Shown here: in pieces, positions 12,454 to 26,163 of the stretch
How positions within the stretch are numbered: the first letter of the stretch is position 1
Layout of the letters: each line of letters begins with the position of its first letter
Assembly (NCBI RefSeq): GCF_018977255.1
Contig: NW_024704849.1
Coordinates: 1 to 64,000, forward strand
DNA from: Callorhinchus milii
Lineage: Eukaryota
Direction: 5' to 3'
Length of the DNA stretch: 64,000 nt
Program-made: the position numbers and the translations under genes
Notes under the pieces: generated by a model
Told to the model about the DNA's origin: nothing
Databases searched by the model: none
The model's input: the letters and a program-made list of their open reading frames with translations, nothing else

Positions 12454-12908
12454 GGTTTATGTAGAGTGATGAAGTCTGACAGTAACACAGTGTGTGGCCG
12501 TGTCAGAAAGAGACACGGTGAGCCCAGTTCCAGTGGATGTCTCCCTTCTCGCATCCAGATTAGTGGTGAAACATTGTGTTACATATTCAGCAAGGAATTT
12601 GTCCACATTAAAATCAGGTCTCCGTGTGTACAGATGAGGCTTCCCTGGTTACTTGCAGCACTAGAACATTAAAGCATTGGTGAAATCAACAGAGAAGTTG
12701 CTGCTCAGTGTTACAGTCTGGCCTTCTTTAACAGAGACTTCCATTTTTGATGGTTCAACGCTGACTCTGTAGGCAGAGAGAACACGTTATTCACAGTGAA
12801 ACCAAAGCCGGATGTAAATCCCCTTATTGTTTTAATGGTGAGGGCTAGTGACTTACACATAAGGCTCAACGACAAGGAATTGAACATCGCTAATTGTTTC
12901 ATCTCCAT
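12454..12908 (-). pseudogene. TCR V pseudogene of the 40.5 kb family
   Basis: Leader 12908-12857 MEMKQLAMFNSLSLSLM. The degenerate V (about 12766-12493) has deletions. Heptamer is mutated to CACTGTG, followed by 23 nt and ACATAAACC. Confidence 0.75.
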
Positions 12909-13823
12909 GTTTCCAATCGGGCACCTAAATGGTTTGAAGGGAGCTTGGGAGATAAAATTCTGTGTCCTGAATTGGTCTTGAACACAGATATGGAAGCAAT
13001 ATTCAACACAGCAGTGATGGAAAATCCTCTGCGTCAGGAGATTGTGTATAGAGGTAATATTCCAGAATTAGGCCCTACGTATTCTCAGTTGAGTCTCTGA
13101 TGCAATGCTGGAAGTTTACCGCAATGTGGAGTACTGTTGCTCCTTTGTTGGGGACTCAATTGGAAGCGGGAGACCGGGATTCGATTCCTGGCAAGGCGAA
13201 ATATTGGGGAGGAATCTTTGCTCAATACACACTCTATTATTTATTTATATAGATTGGACATTCACTGCATTTATGTTTGTAGCACCTTACTGTGTCCATA
13301 TTGTCTTTCTCCCACTAATTACAAATTCTTTTTACTTGAAATTGTTTCATATAAAGTGCTTTGGGACGTTTCTTGCTGTGAAAAGCGTTGTGCCAAAGTT
13401 AATTATTAATTAATTACTTAATGGTAGAAAGAAAAAGGGAATATGTGAAGTGCACATAGTGGCTGTAGGTGAGCCAGCTTTCAGCGCAGACACAAACCAC
13501 AAATTGTCGATCATACATTTATCAAAATCTGCTAAATATTGGCGGAAGCCATTCCCAAAATAAACATTGAATATCAAACGAAGTTTTTCAGGCGGGATTT
13601 GAAAAAGAAGGGGATGGGGAGCGGGAGTTTGGGAGGAATGCATGGTGGAAAGATTGATGGAGAGTGTTCCAGAGTTTCTAGCGTTTAGAAAAAGTATGAT
13701 ATATTTTACATTGATTGATATGAACTCAATAGGGTGTAAGCCACTGTGGCGGTTGGGAGAGGGTTTGTTACACTGACTATCACTAACTGTACTGTACTGT
13801 TTTCCAGCTTTGGTTGTGATGAG

Positions 13824-14164
13824 GGTTATTGTACGAGGTTTCCTATGATGTGTATCACTGTGGTGCAGACTGAGTGCACAGTGATACATAGCGGAGTCTG
13901 TCAGCCGCAGGTCGGCGATGTTTAAAACGCTGATTTTCTTGGCAGTGTCAAGAGAAGCAGAAATACGTTCTCCGGTGGGGTTCCCTCCCTCTACTGAGGA
14001 TTCTCTTTGGAGCAGGTATTTCAGCGTCTCGCCATGGGACTGACGGTAGCAGTAGATGATGAAATATTCTTCACTGAATAATATATATTTGCAATGCAAT
14101 GAAACGGTCTCACCGGCAAAAGCCGATTGTTGAGGCTGTGTCTGGCAAACTGCATTACTCGATC
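13824..14164 (-). CDS. Leaderless supporting TCR Vdelta S2, open frame, atypical 5' half
   Basis: 302-nt exon SSNAVCQTQPQQSAFAGETVSLHCKYILFSEEYFIIYCYRQ...DSAMYHCALSLH with a CAG acceptor. RSS CACAGTG (13856-13862), 23 nt, ACAATAACC. Confidence 0.82.
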
Positions 14165-15167
14165 CTGTTGGGTTTTAATTTCAAGTTACTTAGAATCATA
14201 GTATCTTATAGCACAAAAAGAGGCTACTCGGCCCACATTGCCTTTACCTTCTCTGTGAAAGAGCTGTCCATCTAATTCCAATCCCATTCTTTTAACCCGA
14301 AGCGTTGTATCGTATTTCTTCCAATTCCAGTTTGAGGTTTATTATACAATCTGTTTGCAGTACAATTTTAGGCAGTGCATTGCAGGTTGTAAAAACTTTG
14401 CACATAAACAAAATTTTCCTCATCTCCCGTCTGGTTCTTTTACCGTTTAATTTACACTTGTGTCCTCTGGAAACTGATTCACTGGACTGCGGAAGCACTT
14501 TCTCCTCATCTACCCTATCAAAATCCTTTCACAATTTTGAAAATTTGAATTAAATCTCCTCTCAACCTTCGCTGCTCTACGGAGAACATTGCCAGACAGT
14601 AGCCTCTCCACATAAATGAAGCCACTCTTCCCTGGAATCACTATGGTAAAACCATTTGACTCCTTTTCGAAGGCTTTGACATCATTCTTAATTTGTACGT
14701 GAAATTCTTTTCACCAATTATAAGGATTACTGTTGTAACAGTGAAATGAAGAAATTCTGAATGGATTAAATTTACAGTGCTCTGCTCCAAATATGAACCA
14801 TATTTTAATGCAAGCACAAACAGTGTGACTATTCGTGCGACACAATTGACATGATCTCTCTTAAATGCACTATTTAATTTAGATTTGTTCCTCTAATCAT
14901 ATATTTGTTTGCTGAAGCTGATTATCCACATTGAGGCTTTGGGTGTCTGTGATCATGGGAATGTTTAGCAAAGAATCAGGTGTCAGATTGTACCGTTAAC
15001 TCTGCGGGTTTACAGTTGAGGCAACTGGAGAGTTTCCTGCTGTAAATATCTTTACTTTAAGACCGCTGCTGGAGGAGGTTTATTCTCTGGTTTGCTGCCA
15101 ATATCAGTTTCTCTCTCAGTCTGTGAGCAGCTCAATGCAGTTTCACTTGTGGAATAAAACATAAAGT

Positions 15168-15483
15168 NNNNNNNNNNNNNNNNNNNNNNNNNNNNNNNNN
15201 NNNNNNNNNNNNNNNNNNNNNNNNNNNNNNNNNNNNNNNNNNNNNNNNNNNNNNNNNNNNNNNNNNNNNNNNNNNNNNNNNNNNNNNNNNNNNNNNNNNN
15301 NNNNNNNNNNNNNNNNNNNNNNNNNNNNNNNNNNNNNNNNNNNNNNNNNNNNNNNNNNNNNNNNNNNNNNNNNNNNNNNNNNNNNNNNNNNNNNNNNNNN
15401 NNNNNNNNNNNNNNNNNNNNNNNNNNNNNNNNNNNNNNNNNNNNNNNNNNNNNNNNNNNNNNNNNNNNNNNNNNNNNNNNNNN
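15168..15483. other. Assembly gap (N run)
   Basis: 316 N at the position occupied by a pyrimidine microsatellite in paralogous copies. Confidence 0.99.
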
Positions 15484-15542
15484 CAGTTGCTTTTCGTTTG
15501 TTTTAATTTCAATTAATTTCGATCGATTATTGATTCACTCAC

Positions 15543-15628
15543 TTTTTGTTACAATTACTTTGGTTCCTGATCCGTCTTCGTTAAAGAACCACAGTCACAC
15601 AACTCTCATTCTGTGAGGCGCAAAAACT
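15543..15628 (-). other. NAR-TCR J segment J2 with 5' 23-RSS
   Basis: Reads FFNEDGSGTKVIVTK with a phase-1 GTGAGT donor. CACAGTC (15590-15596), 23 nt, GCAAAAACT (15620-15628). Confidence 0.92.
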
Positions 15629-15944
15629 GTTCTGTCAGATCACTGTTTAACACTGTCACTAACGCAAACAAACACTGACAAATTGGCCATTAATCCTTAC
15701 CGATCCACCAGTGGTTCCATCTTCGTACTATTCTTTTGTATAAAACATGTTTATTTTCAATATTATTTCCTCCCAAACAGAGACAAAGTGTACCGCACAA
15801 AGAACACCTCTCTACAAATAAATCCAGAAATGTCCGTTTGAAATAAGTAATTTTGAAAGCAAAGTGTCGACACATTCAGGAGCATTAAATAGTATACGGT
15901 TGTCAGTGATCAAGTCTCATGTGTTTCCAAGAAAATAGTTGCGC

Positions 15945-16016
15945 AGTATTTGTGCTGATGGTTGACAATGTGATCGTCCCAATCCCAACACAGTGTTTAT
16001 TGTAAATTCAAAAACC
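15945..16016 (-). other. NAR-TCR D segment D2 (TTGGGATTGGGACGAT), 12-D-12
   Basis: D is 15973-15988. 5' RSS heptamer 15989-15995, 12 nt, TCAAAAACC (+ strand reading). 3' RSS is CACATTG-12-ACAAATACT. Confidence 0.9.
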
Positions 16017-16330
16017 AATGGTTTGAGAAACTGTTGAAATGTGTCAGCCGTTCACAAATGGTCAATCAATCACGCAGCATTTAACAATCTTTTGAATATT
16101 GTGATAGTTGGACTTGATATGCCGCGTGTCTCGTGGAATAAATTGTTAGTTATATGAATCCTAGCAGATTTCCAATGTGCATACATACCAATAATCTTTT
16201 CCGAAATATCCATAAGTAATTGTTGTTTCTTAAAGGAAGTGTCATTGTGCATCAAACAGGAATGAGGGATGTGCTTTGAATTTATTGCAAGTTCACAGAC
16301 TCTCTGTTTATCCTTTGAATTGTTCAAGGT

Positions 16331-17076
16331 GCTTCTTGTATTAGCTGAAGGCCAGATACAGCACTGTGGTATCCCAGTACCGAGCTGTACATTTATAGTC
16401 AGCGCTGTCTTGAACTTGCAAAGCATTAATTTCCAGTGAAGACGACATCGATTCCTTGTCTGTCTTTACAACAAAGCGTGCTTCAAGAGGGATCCGCTTC
16501 CAGTCTCTTTCGTTTGAAAATTTTCTATAAAATTCCATTTTCCTGAAAGTTTCATAAGACGCAGCTTCAAAGACACAGTTGATGGTCAAAGACTCGCATT
16601 CCTGTCTCCTAATAGCGGATGGCGTCTGCTTTACTGAGGCACTGAAAACATCTGAAAATTATACACAACATAACATTAGTTTAACAAGTCTTCAACAATG
16701 TCCACTGCTGTGGAAATTATATCCCGAGCCTTGGCTTGATTTTGATTGATACCAATTAATATAATATTATCACGATATACAATACCATTATTGTGTAAAT
16801 TGATGCGAATAATTTTAACACATAACATAGTTGTCATAATATTAATGATACCAATTCGCTGCTGAATTTCCCCACAAATAAAACTGTCATCTCACTTTAC
16901 AGTGTTTTCCCGCAAGCGCTTTGAAACGTCTCATCGAAGTGATAAGGCGCTATATCAACGCAAGGATTATTATTATATCGCACATTGTAATGATGACTTT
17001 CAACATTGCTGTGTAATGGAAAAAAACACTTACATTGTAAGACGAGGAAGCAGATGGAGACACAGAGGAGAGACAT
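16331..17076 (-). CDS. NAR-TCR V2, intact leader + V + RSS
   Basis: Leader 17076-17034 MSLLCVSICFLVLQ. V exon 16651-16369 SVKQTPSAIRRQECESLTINCVFEAASYETFRKMEFYRK...DSADYKCTARYWD. It has an FR1 Cys and a short CDR2 region. RSS CACAGTG-22-ACAAGAAGC. Confidence 0.92.
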
Positions 17077-19094
17077 CCTCTCACCGCTGGGAGATACCGT
17101 CAGCCCCGGACAGCTCAGCGTGACTGTGAGTAACACAGGAATGTTCTGTAAGAGCGTTGGAGACTTGGTTTATTTGTGATGAACAGCGTCACATCATGGC
17201 TGGTGACAGCGGCTTTGAGGGGTGGGCGGGGGGTGGTTTGGGGTGGAGGGGAAGAACATACATGAAGATAGGGTCTGACTGACTGCGCCCGAGAGCAGTG
17301 GGCAGAGAGGGCCACTTGGGGATGACTGTTCGAGGCTCATTTATGTTTAACTGGACCCTTGACGTGGAAGCCAACGGGAGGGACTATTACCTGACACTGT
17401 GAGTGGACAAATGCTGTGTGATGTAGAGAGGGACTATACTGAGAATTGGGAAGTAGACATAAATAAACTACTTACACACCTTTGACTTGGAGTGAGTCCT
17501 GTTACAGTGACAAGCAGCTGGACGGGGAAGCCGGTCAGGGCAACAGGGAGTTTGCGAGATATGGGTGATGATGGGTGCCAAGGAGGAGGGAGAAATAGGG
17601 GTAAAGGAGTATGGGGTGCGGTGGATATATAAGACGTCGGGATAGAGGGGGTGACAAAGAGATGAAAGGCTACCCGGGGACATGGAGGAGTAAGAGAAGG
17701 CAGGGAATATGACGTTTATTTTTCAGCATATCATGTGAAGCGGTTTATCACGTTTTATCGACATGGTAGTGGACTGTATCAAATAAAAGCATTATTTTTA
17801 ATCCCTGTCTCGGCCTTTCTGTAAGCCTATCTGTCTGTCTATGTGCTGTTTGTCTGTCTTCTGTGTGTCTCTCTTTCACAAAAGTCATTGGCCTTGAGCA
17901 TTGAGATGTCTTAAAGGCTCTGAGGTGGAGCTGATCATTAGTGGAATCAGAAGTTTGGAATTATTTTTTGTCTTTAACGATGGTTTGGGAGGAGATAGCA
18001 GTTTACTGCTGTGGTGAGGAGAGGCGATAGATTTGATCAGGTTGGAGCCCGTTTAATTCTCATAATCCTAATAATCGTTACATTTTCTATGGATCCTTAT
18101 CACGTTGCAAGCGATTCAGAGATATGCTGATGAGTCGATCGATTTTGTATTTTGTTGGAAAAATGGATCAGCCAAATGCATACAAGGTGTCGTAGATTGA
18201 ATTACCGAATTAATATTTTACTTACGATTTATTTACTGTTTAAAAACAAATACAATAGATTTCTTTTATATTTGAAATAAAAAAAGTATTTAGTTATCCT
18301 CCAATCGACAAACATGTGGGTTCCTACTTACTGTTAGTGAAACAAAGACACATTTGAAGCAAGGAAAATTGCAAAAGGTTTTTCCCCACTCGGGAATCGA
18401 ACCCATGCCCTCCCGCTTGGGACACTGTTGCTATAACTACTAACCTAAAGGACTCCACATTATTTGCAGGTCTAAGCACCAATGAGGTTTCCTTCTGATA
18501 AGGAAGCTACTGTATAACAGTCAGTTTTATTGCATTGCTATATGGTGACAATTAATGGCATTGCAAGATAATGACAGTGTATATTTTGTGTTGGTATCAG
18601 TTTATTTATGAAACGTGCACTTTGTTTTAGAATTACCCGAGTGTCCATTGGACTCAGGACAAGTCATACAACATTAATATTAATATTCCACTAAGAAAAG
18701 ACATTCCACCTCAACTCCATCCTCTTCAACCCAACCATTTAAGACGCTTTCCTCCACGGACGACCACCCCCACAGCTCCCACCTCAATTCAACTCAAGCT
18801 CGGATTCACGTAAGACCTCTCTGGCGTCTTCGGACGTTATCCTAAAATTCAACATTCCGAGTCGCAGTCCAACATGAAGGGTGTATCGGAAATGCAATTT
18901 GTTGTGGTTGTTGTTGAAATGAAAGGCGCATTATAAATGTAACTTGTTCTTACTGCGAAGTGAAGTGATTGTGCATACATAGGGGAGCTTGACAGCCAAA
19001 TTATGATAAACGAGTTTGCAGGAATAGTTGTGAAGTGTATCAATAACAACATTAGCAACAACAAATTACACTTCTATAGATACTTGCACGACGG

Positions 19095-19330
19095 AAATTC
19101 GTCCCAGGACGCTGGAGAGTCAGGGTTTTTTAGATACGACCTGGAAGTTGGGGTCAGGATGGGTGAAGGGCAAGAGAGTTTGGATGGGAGTATGGATGAA
19201 TGATGTTCGAAGAGACAGGTCTCACCTGGGTTTCGAAAAAGTCAAGAGATGTGGTGAGGTGGAGGGTTTGCGGGATAGAGTTCCAGAGGGTGGGGCAGAG
19301 ATGCTGAATTCATGACTGACAATGGTGTGT
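19095..19330. mobile_element. Probable LINE (L2/CR1-like) 3' fragment
   Basis: Purine-rich stretch containing AGAGTTCCAGAGGGTGGGG, which resembles L2-type 3' ends. Similar compositionally skewed fragments lie near 6.55-6.87, 18.7-18.85 and 41.47-41.68 kb. Family not verified. Confidence 0.35.
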
Positions 19331-20334
19331 TTCATTTAATAAACTATTTAATCCAATCCAATGCTGGTTCGCAACATGGGGCTCGTTAATGTGTTTGTAT
19401 ATACATATGGTATGACTTATTACCTCATATTAATTGATGTGAGACAATAATACTAATATATTTTCTAACTTACCTCTGAATGTCGACAAACTTTCCGCAG
19501 TTTCACTCTATGATACGCTGAACAAAGTTATGTAAATCTAATCAACAAGTTGACGAAAGTGAATACCAAGTTATTTAAACATGTGCACATAACTTTCAAG
19601 GATAGAATCAAATTTCTTGCTAGCGTTAATAGGGATTAATTCCAACAGGATTCTATCTTCATTTTCATTTCTGGAACCATGAAGCAAATAAAAATTGCAT
19701 CATTATCATTTTTATTATTTTATCATTCTTAAGTTAGAAGCGCTACGCTTCGTTGATCAGTTGAGAAAATTGAATTGTAGGCCCCATAATAGACGTTAGC
19801 AAATAATGCGTTTTCAATGAAAAAATTACAGTTACCAAAGCTTTACTTTCATTTCTACACTTAATAAATAGATCATAAAATTACATTTGATAATTGTGAG
19901 TGACTCAATTACCTGCAATGATGATTTTGTTAATTTTTTTTCTCAAACGTTGTTGTTCTAATAATAATCGTTGCACTTAGTATTTCGATAATAATTTTGT
20001 CATATTAATCCTTTATTGTTTGCGGGACTCTATTGTAAGGAATCGGCTGCCATGTTTCGCCCACAAAAAGCACGGTAAGTAAAATTTACAGCATATTTTG
20101 TGAAGCACTTTGTGACGACTCGAAGACGAGAAAAGTTCTACAGAAAATATAAGGATTATTTTCATTTCTTTCACTCTTTACTTACATGAACAACTGTTTT
20201 CTTTTCACTTTTGTTTGGAAATCAGTCACGTGATTCCTGTGAGAGATACTGCAGCAATGTCGAAGTTTATTAAATAGGTCAACTGTCAGAACTAATATCT
20301 GTGCTCATATGAAATTCTCTCTCTCATTTTCAGC

Positions 20335-20375
20335 GGTTTATGTACAGTGGTGTAGTCTGACAGAAACACATTATG
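20335..20375 (-). pseudogene. Orphan decayed 23-RSS of the 40.5 kb V family
   Basis: Spacer and nonamer TTTCTGTCAGACTACACCACTGT-ACATAAACC and the 3' flank match the 40.5 kb gene; the heptamer is decayed and there is no V body. Confidence 0.55.
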
Positions 20376-20765
20376 GAATAGTATTGCCAATAATAATCCT
20401 TGCATTTGATATAGCACCTGATCACGTCTTTCAGACATCCCAAAACAAATCACAGAATATGATGTAAAGTGAATTCACTATATCTTTTGTGGATGGTACG
20501 TGGCAGCCAATTGAGTTCGGCGAAGTTCAAAAACGTGTCATGGATTGAGTGACCAATTTATTATTATTAATTAAAGGGTTTATTATCCCCAGAAAAACAA
20601 ACTGTCAATCGACTAACCACACGTTATTTCTTACTGCTCAGCAAACCGAGGTGTGTAGAGTGATGAAACCTGCTCACAATTTTCCCCGAGAGGGAATCAA
20701 ACAGAAGTCTTTCCCTTTCGAGGCAAGTGCTCTAAACACAGAGCTAAAAGGCTCCACGTTGGCTC

Positions 20766-21525
20766 GGTTTTTGTACAGGGAAGGCATTGCTTTGCAGCAC
20801 TGTGCTTGATGTTAAGCCGCAATAATATGTGGCAGCGTCAGTGATAACGACGCTGCGTATTATTAAAGTGGTTTGTCTCTGATTCTTCTTAAGCTGTGAA
20901 GAAAAACGACCTGTGGCGAAATCTGCAGTGTTGCTTCCTCCATCAGTATCCCTGAAGAGAATGTATTGGGGAGCGAGGCCTGGGTGATGCCTGTACCAGT
21001 TCAGAGCAGCATAGGACGAGCTGGTGGTATATGAGGAGCTCAGACTCACTCTGTCTCCCTCTTGTTTGCTCAGCACCGCCATTTGCTGTCTGACTGAATC
21101 TCCCAGCACCACATCTGCAACGAGAGAAATCAGATGAATATCAAGTATCGTGCTAATGTAGTCATGTAGCTCAGTGATTAGTGAACTCACCTCGCAAACG
21201 AGAGGATTTGTTTTCTTTTCCTTTGCAGAACAGTGCGAAACCTAATGCAAGTTTCCTTGTGCAATTGCCAACCGCGTTGCGGTCCTCAGACATCTCGTTT
21301 AGGTTAAACCGTTTTATCAAATTCAAGAATTACCATTACTTACTTTCCATTCCTATCATCTCAAGTCCCAACCCCAGCTATGGTGACCAGCCATCACTGC
21401 CAAACAAAATGATCCTTCCTGCAGGTAAATAAAACCTCCATATCAATGTTATTCTGTATTTTACATTTTACCGCCTCACCTGACATGAAGCACAATAGGA
21501 GAATGTAGTCGATGAACAGCCACAT
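20766..21525 (-). CDS. Conventional TCR Valpha/delta, open frame, first Cys replaced by Ser, consensus RSS
   Basis: Leader 21525-21480 MWLFIDYILLLCFMS. V exon 21114-20805 ...VSLSSSY...LNWYRH...DAATYYCGLTS. RSS CACAGTG-23-ACAAAAACC. Confidence 0.8.
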
Positions 21526-22663
21526 TATCGCTCTTCTGTAAGAAACTTTCACCATCAATGTTTGATGATGGAAAGTGTTTGTCGATGGTGAAGTGTTTGA
21601 ACATCACATCCGTGAACCAACACCAGTGTTTCATTGACAAGCTCACCCTCTGACCTTGTTACGCTGTTAAATATGGGCGTTGCGCTACACTCATTTACTT
21701 GTTCATTAATTTCAAAGCCACCCCCAAATGATGTGAAATCTGTTGTGGGTAAATCTTTGTTGAGAAAAAGTCACAAACATGCATTTGATAGTTCACCGTT
21801 GAGATATAAATTAAAAACAGTATAGTACCAAGTAGCTGCACAGTGAAGAGTTTTGTACTCGGGATTAAAAATGGGAGAGAAAATGGTGGGTGCAGGAGGG
21901 ATCATCACTGAAGACTCGGTTGAGAAGGATGGTCTTCAGACGGGCACTGAATGAGGCAAAGGGGAGACAAACGTTTTAGTAGATGTCATAGATCCTCTTC
22001 CAATTTTAGATGCTACCACCGAACCTCAGCGACCTCCACAAACACTACACTCAATACGCTATCAATACCAAATCTACCACGACCCTCAATTGTATCTGTC
22101 AGGATATAGCTAATCGTTTCGAGTCGTTCCCTGGGATATTTAGCACTCAACTGAATAGTCATGGATTGAGTGACCAACATTGTTTTCGAAGGAATTATTA
22201 TCCCCCCGGAAAAGCGATAGGCCGATCGAATCACACCCGGGTTCTTTATCGCTGCGAGATAAACAGCGGTCTGTGTTTGGAGTAAGGCAACTTGCCTAAG
22301 GTTTCACTAGGCTCAGAATTGAACCAGGGTCCTCCAGTTTGTCAGACGACTGCTGTTCCCACTCCGCCACACGACTCCGTGTAAACTAACAAAAAAAGAA
22401 ACGTGATTTGTTTTATTTTATTTGCTAACTGAAGTAAACTAACAACAACTGGGCCTGTAACGCCTAAGTCGTTCACTAAGGGTTGTCTGCATTTGCTGTG
22501 ACAGATAATGTTGTGAAAGTTTAGCTGACAAGTTGATGTCAGGTGAATGTGGTTTCCTTTGAGTCTGGAGACTGAAATGTCTGCTCTACGCAAGGCCTCA
22601 AGGCCTGACCAATTTTCCGCACAAACTTCAACAGACAGATCATCCCTATGTAAAAGCGAAGGT

Positions 22664-23687
22664 AGTTTTTGTCCGAGACTTGCAGTGCTGTCAATCACTG
22701 TGGTGAGACTCAAAGCACAGTGATACACAGCGCTGTCAGACACCATCAGCACAGACATAGAGAAACTGGTGGATGAATTGGAATCCCGTAGCTGAGCAGA
22801 GAAAGGATTTTCAGTTCCTGTTCCTTGGTATTGTTTGTCATCCCCAGAATAGCTCGCAACGAAAAACTCTGGCTGCTTGTCTGGGTAATGTCGGTACAAG
22901 TAGAGATGGTAATACATATCAGTAGTGGAATAAGTACACTGAAAATTCACAGTTTCTCCTTCTGTACTAACCATCGAGGCAGCATTCTGACTAACAGAGG
23001 CCCCGTCAGAGTAATCTGTAATAAACATGGAAAAGTACGACAATTTATTATTCACTCTTTGCCTGAGTTGTTTTTTCATCGCCTGGGGCGTCCTCCCAAC
23101 GAAAGGCGCTATAGAAGCGCCCATTGTGAGTAATGAAGTAATAATAATTTTAAATTTTCATTTTAAATAACATCTGAGGTAGTCATTGATACGCATCAAC
23201 GTGCTTCACAGAACAAAGAGTGCTCTGTTTTTTTCCGGGCCAAAAGCGGCAAACAATTATGCATAGCAGGAACCCAAGAAGAGTCGTGGAGGGTGTAGCA
23301 AACTACTATTTGAAAAAAAATAGCGTATTATTGCCCCTGAAAAAGAGATGCGCCAAAGCTCTAAAAACGTTTGAGTAGAGAAATGATGTTAGTTTGGAAG
23401 GTTTGTACTCCCAGGTTTATAAAGCGAAGGAGTTCCGAATGACTGATTGGTAAACAGAGGCGTTTCTTTGGAGTAAGGAGCCTTCCAAATATTTGCACCC
23501 TGCCCAGGAATCGAAGCAAGGTCCACTCGCTTGAGAGCCGAGTGCACTGAACACAGAGCTCTAGGTTTTTCCCCCACTAATTGTTGTTGAAATGAAGCCG
23601 ACCATCAGCAGCAACAATGAATTAGCTCAACAGGGCCTCACCTGACTTAAAGGTTCCCAGCACAAGACAGACAGCAAACAGCCTCAT
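22664..23687 (-). CDS. Conventional TCR Valpha/delta, open frame, Trp41 replaced by Leu
   Basis: Leader 23687-23642 MRLFAVCLVLGTFKS. V exon 23015-22703 ...FQCTYS...LYLYRH...DSAVYHCALSLT. RSS CACAGTG-23-ACAAAAACT. Confidence 0.82.
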
Positions 23688-24409
23688 TTGTGTTATTCAG
23701 TCTGTGTGGTGGTGTCTGTGGCATCATTTTGCTGATAAAACGCAATGATTGTCGGCATTGGCGGAGCCACACTCTCACGTCACCTCATTGGCATCTCAGC
23801 CGCGTTTCAAAAATGCCAACCAATTACCTATATACATTGCCTTTCACCTGTCACTGGGCGAAGGGAATCCTCCCACTCAGCTCTTGTTAAGTCTGCAAGA
23901 TAAAGTTCTAACGAGAAAGAAGATGATAGCTGGACAAACAGCGGTAAAGCTTACCAGTCAGAGATGTCGATTGCAATCTATGTGGTTTTAACGAATTGGA
24001 CTCGAGTAGATGGCCGTCGCACACTCAGAGATCCCCAATCCTTGGCTCTTGCCACCCACCAAATAATATTCTCCGGAATTAGTTAAGCAGGATGTGTCCT
24101 TCCAGGCAGGGAGAGTGCTTACCATTCCGAGAACCAATCTCTGACATTTCCAAGTATAGGTAGGATAAATGGAAATCTCATCTTGGTTTGGAGACTGTTA
24201 AGCATGGTGAATGGTATAGGCATTTGGTGACCTCCCCAGAAGAAAACACTTAAAAATTGTGCAATGTCACCATTTTAGTTGACAAAAAGCTTTAGAATCA
24301 TGACTTGGTAAAAAATAGTAACTTGTCGCCCTCTAGTCTCCGCAGGGCCATAGTTCAACTCTGCTTTCATATTCGATGCCAAACTTGAAGTAAAGCAATG
24401 ATTGTAGTA

Positions 24410-24500
24410 ATAATGTGTTGTGGTTCCCAATGGCTTATATCACCTGAGGCTCAGAGTACAGTAACACACCCCGCTGTCAGTCACTGTGTGGCCACGGACA
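24410..24500 (-). pseudogene. 3' V relic with decayed RSS
   Basis: The minus strand reads TVTDSGVCYCTLS. Near-identical relics lie at about 39680-39770 and 42845-42935. An orphan leader (MVDSMFWVTLAAFLI) lies near 24.83-24.88 kb. Confidence 0.5.
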
Positions 24501-26163
24501 CTGAAGCACCACAGACTCCCACACACTAAATCCTCGGCTCACAATTATGTTGAGCTGTTCTGAGCCCAAAGTTCAATTTGTCAGTGTAATAGTTCACATT
24601 GCAATACTGAATATTGCCACTGGCAATAATGGCTCACTTAATTTTTTCCTTCATGGGCTGACAGCCAGGATCCTACGTGATGTCCAATATTTTGCCCTGG
24701 CAGGAATCGAACCCGGGTCTTTTTAAAGCGAAGGCTTTAAAAACCGAGTTGCATGACTCCACTAATAAAAGCTATGCAACCAATGTTGATATTTGACTGA
24801 AACGTTGCCTATCTGCTCTAAATGATTACATATCAGGAAAGCAGCGAGCGTCACCCAGAACATAGAGTCCACCATCGTCTGAGCTTTATCTGCAGATGCC
24901 CATTGATCACCTGTAAGATATTTGAGGTGATTGGCACCAGTCCACAGAGTTATGACGTGTGATTTCATTTACACCGTCCAATAGGTTAAGTGTAAAACAT
25001 CCACCAGATCAGAAACAAAGTCCAATAAATTATTTTTATTTGATTAGAAACATACAACCATAGGTTCCTGGAATATAGCATAACAGATGGAGGCCATTCT
25101 GCCCATCGAAACAGTGCTATGCCATGAAAGATTTAATAATTCCTTGCATAAAGGTGAAAATGAAAATTGCAAACTTAGTCTGTGACTGTTTGTTGAACAC
25201 CGCTTTGCGAAATTGCCTGCCGCACTTCCACAATATACAGACAATTCACTTTATAGTGTATTCCGTGAAGCATTTTAAGACGCCGTGATTGATAAAGCGC
25301 TATATCAAGTGCAAGCATTATTTAATTATTAAATATATTGATTTTTATTTTGTATTTTAGACTTGCCTTTCAGGTTTGACCCGTGAAGTTGATGTGAAAG
25401 AGCTAAGCAATCGGACCTACTCCCCTATTATTTCCCAATAGCTCTGTATTTTTTTTTCCTATGTAAGTACCTGTCCAATTCCCCTTTGAAAGCTATTATC
25501 GAATGTGGTTCCATCAAACATTCAGACATTGCACTCTGAAGACTAACACGTTTCCGAGTTCAACAATGTCGCCTCATCTCTCCTCCAGATATTTTGGCAA
25601 TTATCTTCAATCTGCAAAACAAAGTCAGGAGCTGTACACGTTTTATATGTAAACGAAGTGTGACATGCGCTATCCGTTAAGAGGTTGGACTGAAAGACAA
25701 TACACGTTTAAGTCATGCTCCAATCATAAAATATTAATGTCAAAAAACATGTCCCTGAAGTTGGTGCAGTTAAACTTCACTGACACCAAAGATCTGAAAC
25801 TATGTGGTCAAAAGTGCAAAAATACTGAGAAAGTGGGAAATCTGAGATTGTTGCGCATGATATAATGTGAAGAATCGTGACTGTAGCTTTAAGTAAACTT
25901 ACAATCAATTAACGTCAGAGGGTATCCTGTAAAGCGCTTTGAGAAGCCTGGAACACCTGATCAGAGGCTATATTAAATGTAAGGATAATTATTATTTATT
26001 TCACTCTTTCCCGACATGAAACACTCCATCACATTTTGCGTTTGGTGGCAGTTATCATATGTTTCCTGTGAGAGACACAGCGGCAAAGTTACAAACAGTC
26101 AAATAGGTCAACAGTCAGGAATAACATCTGTATTGAGATTAAACCCTTTCTCTCCTCTTTGTT

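Noticed and set aside
13410-13862. Long C-terminal extensions of V ORFs in the ORF track (also 22342-22702 and 27152-27364)
   Set aside because: They are read-through across the RSS and flank, not coding exons.
15168-15483. A further joined exon hidden in the N gap
   Set aside because: Both flanks match the microsatellite-containing intron of cassette 1, which has no such exon. The gap as sized is shorter than a 351-nt exon, though gap sizes can be wrong.
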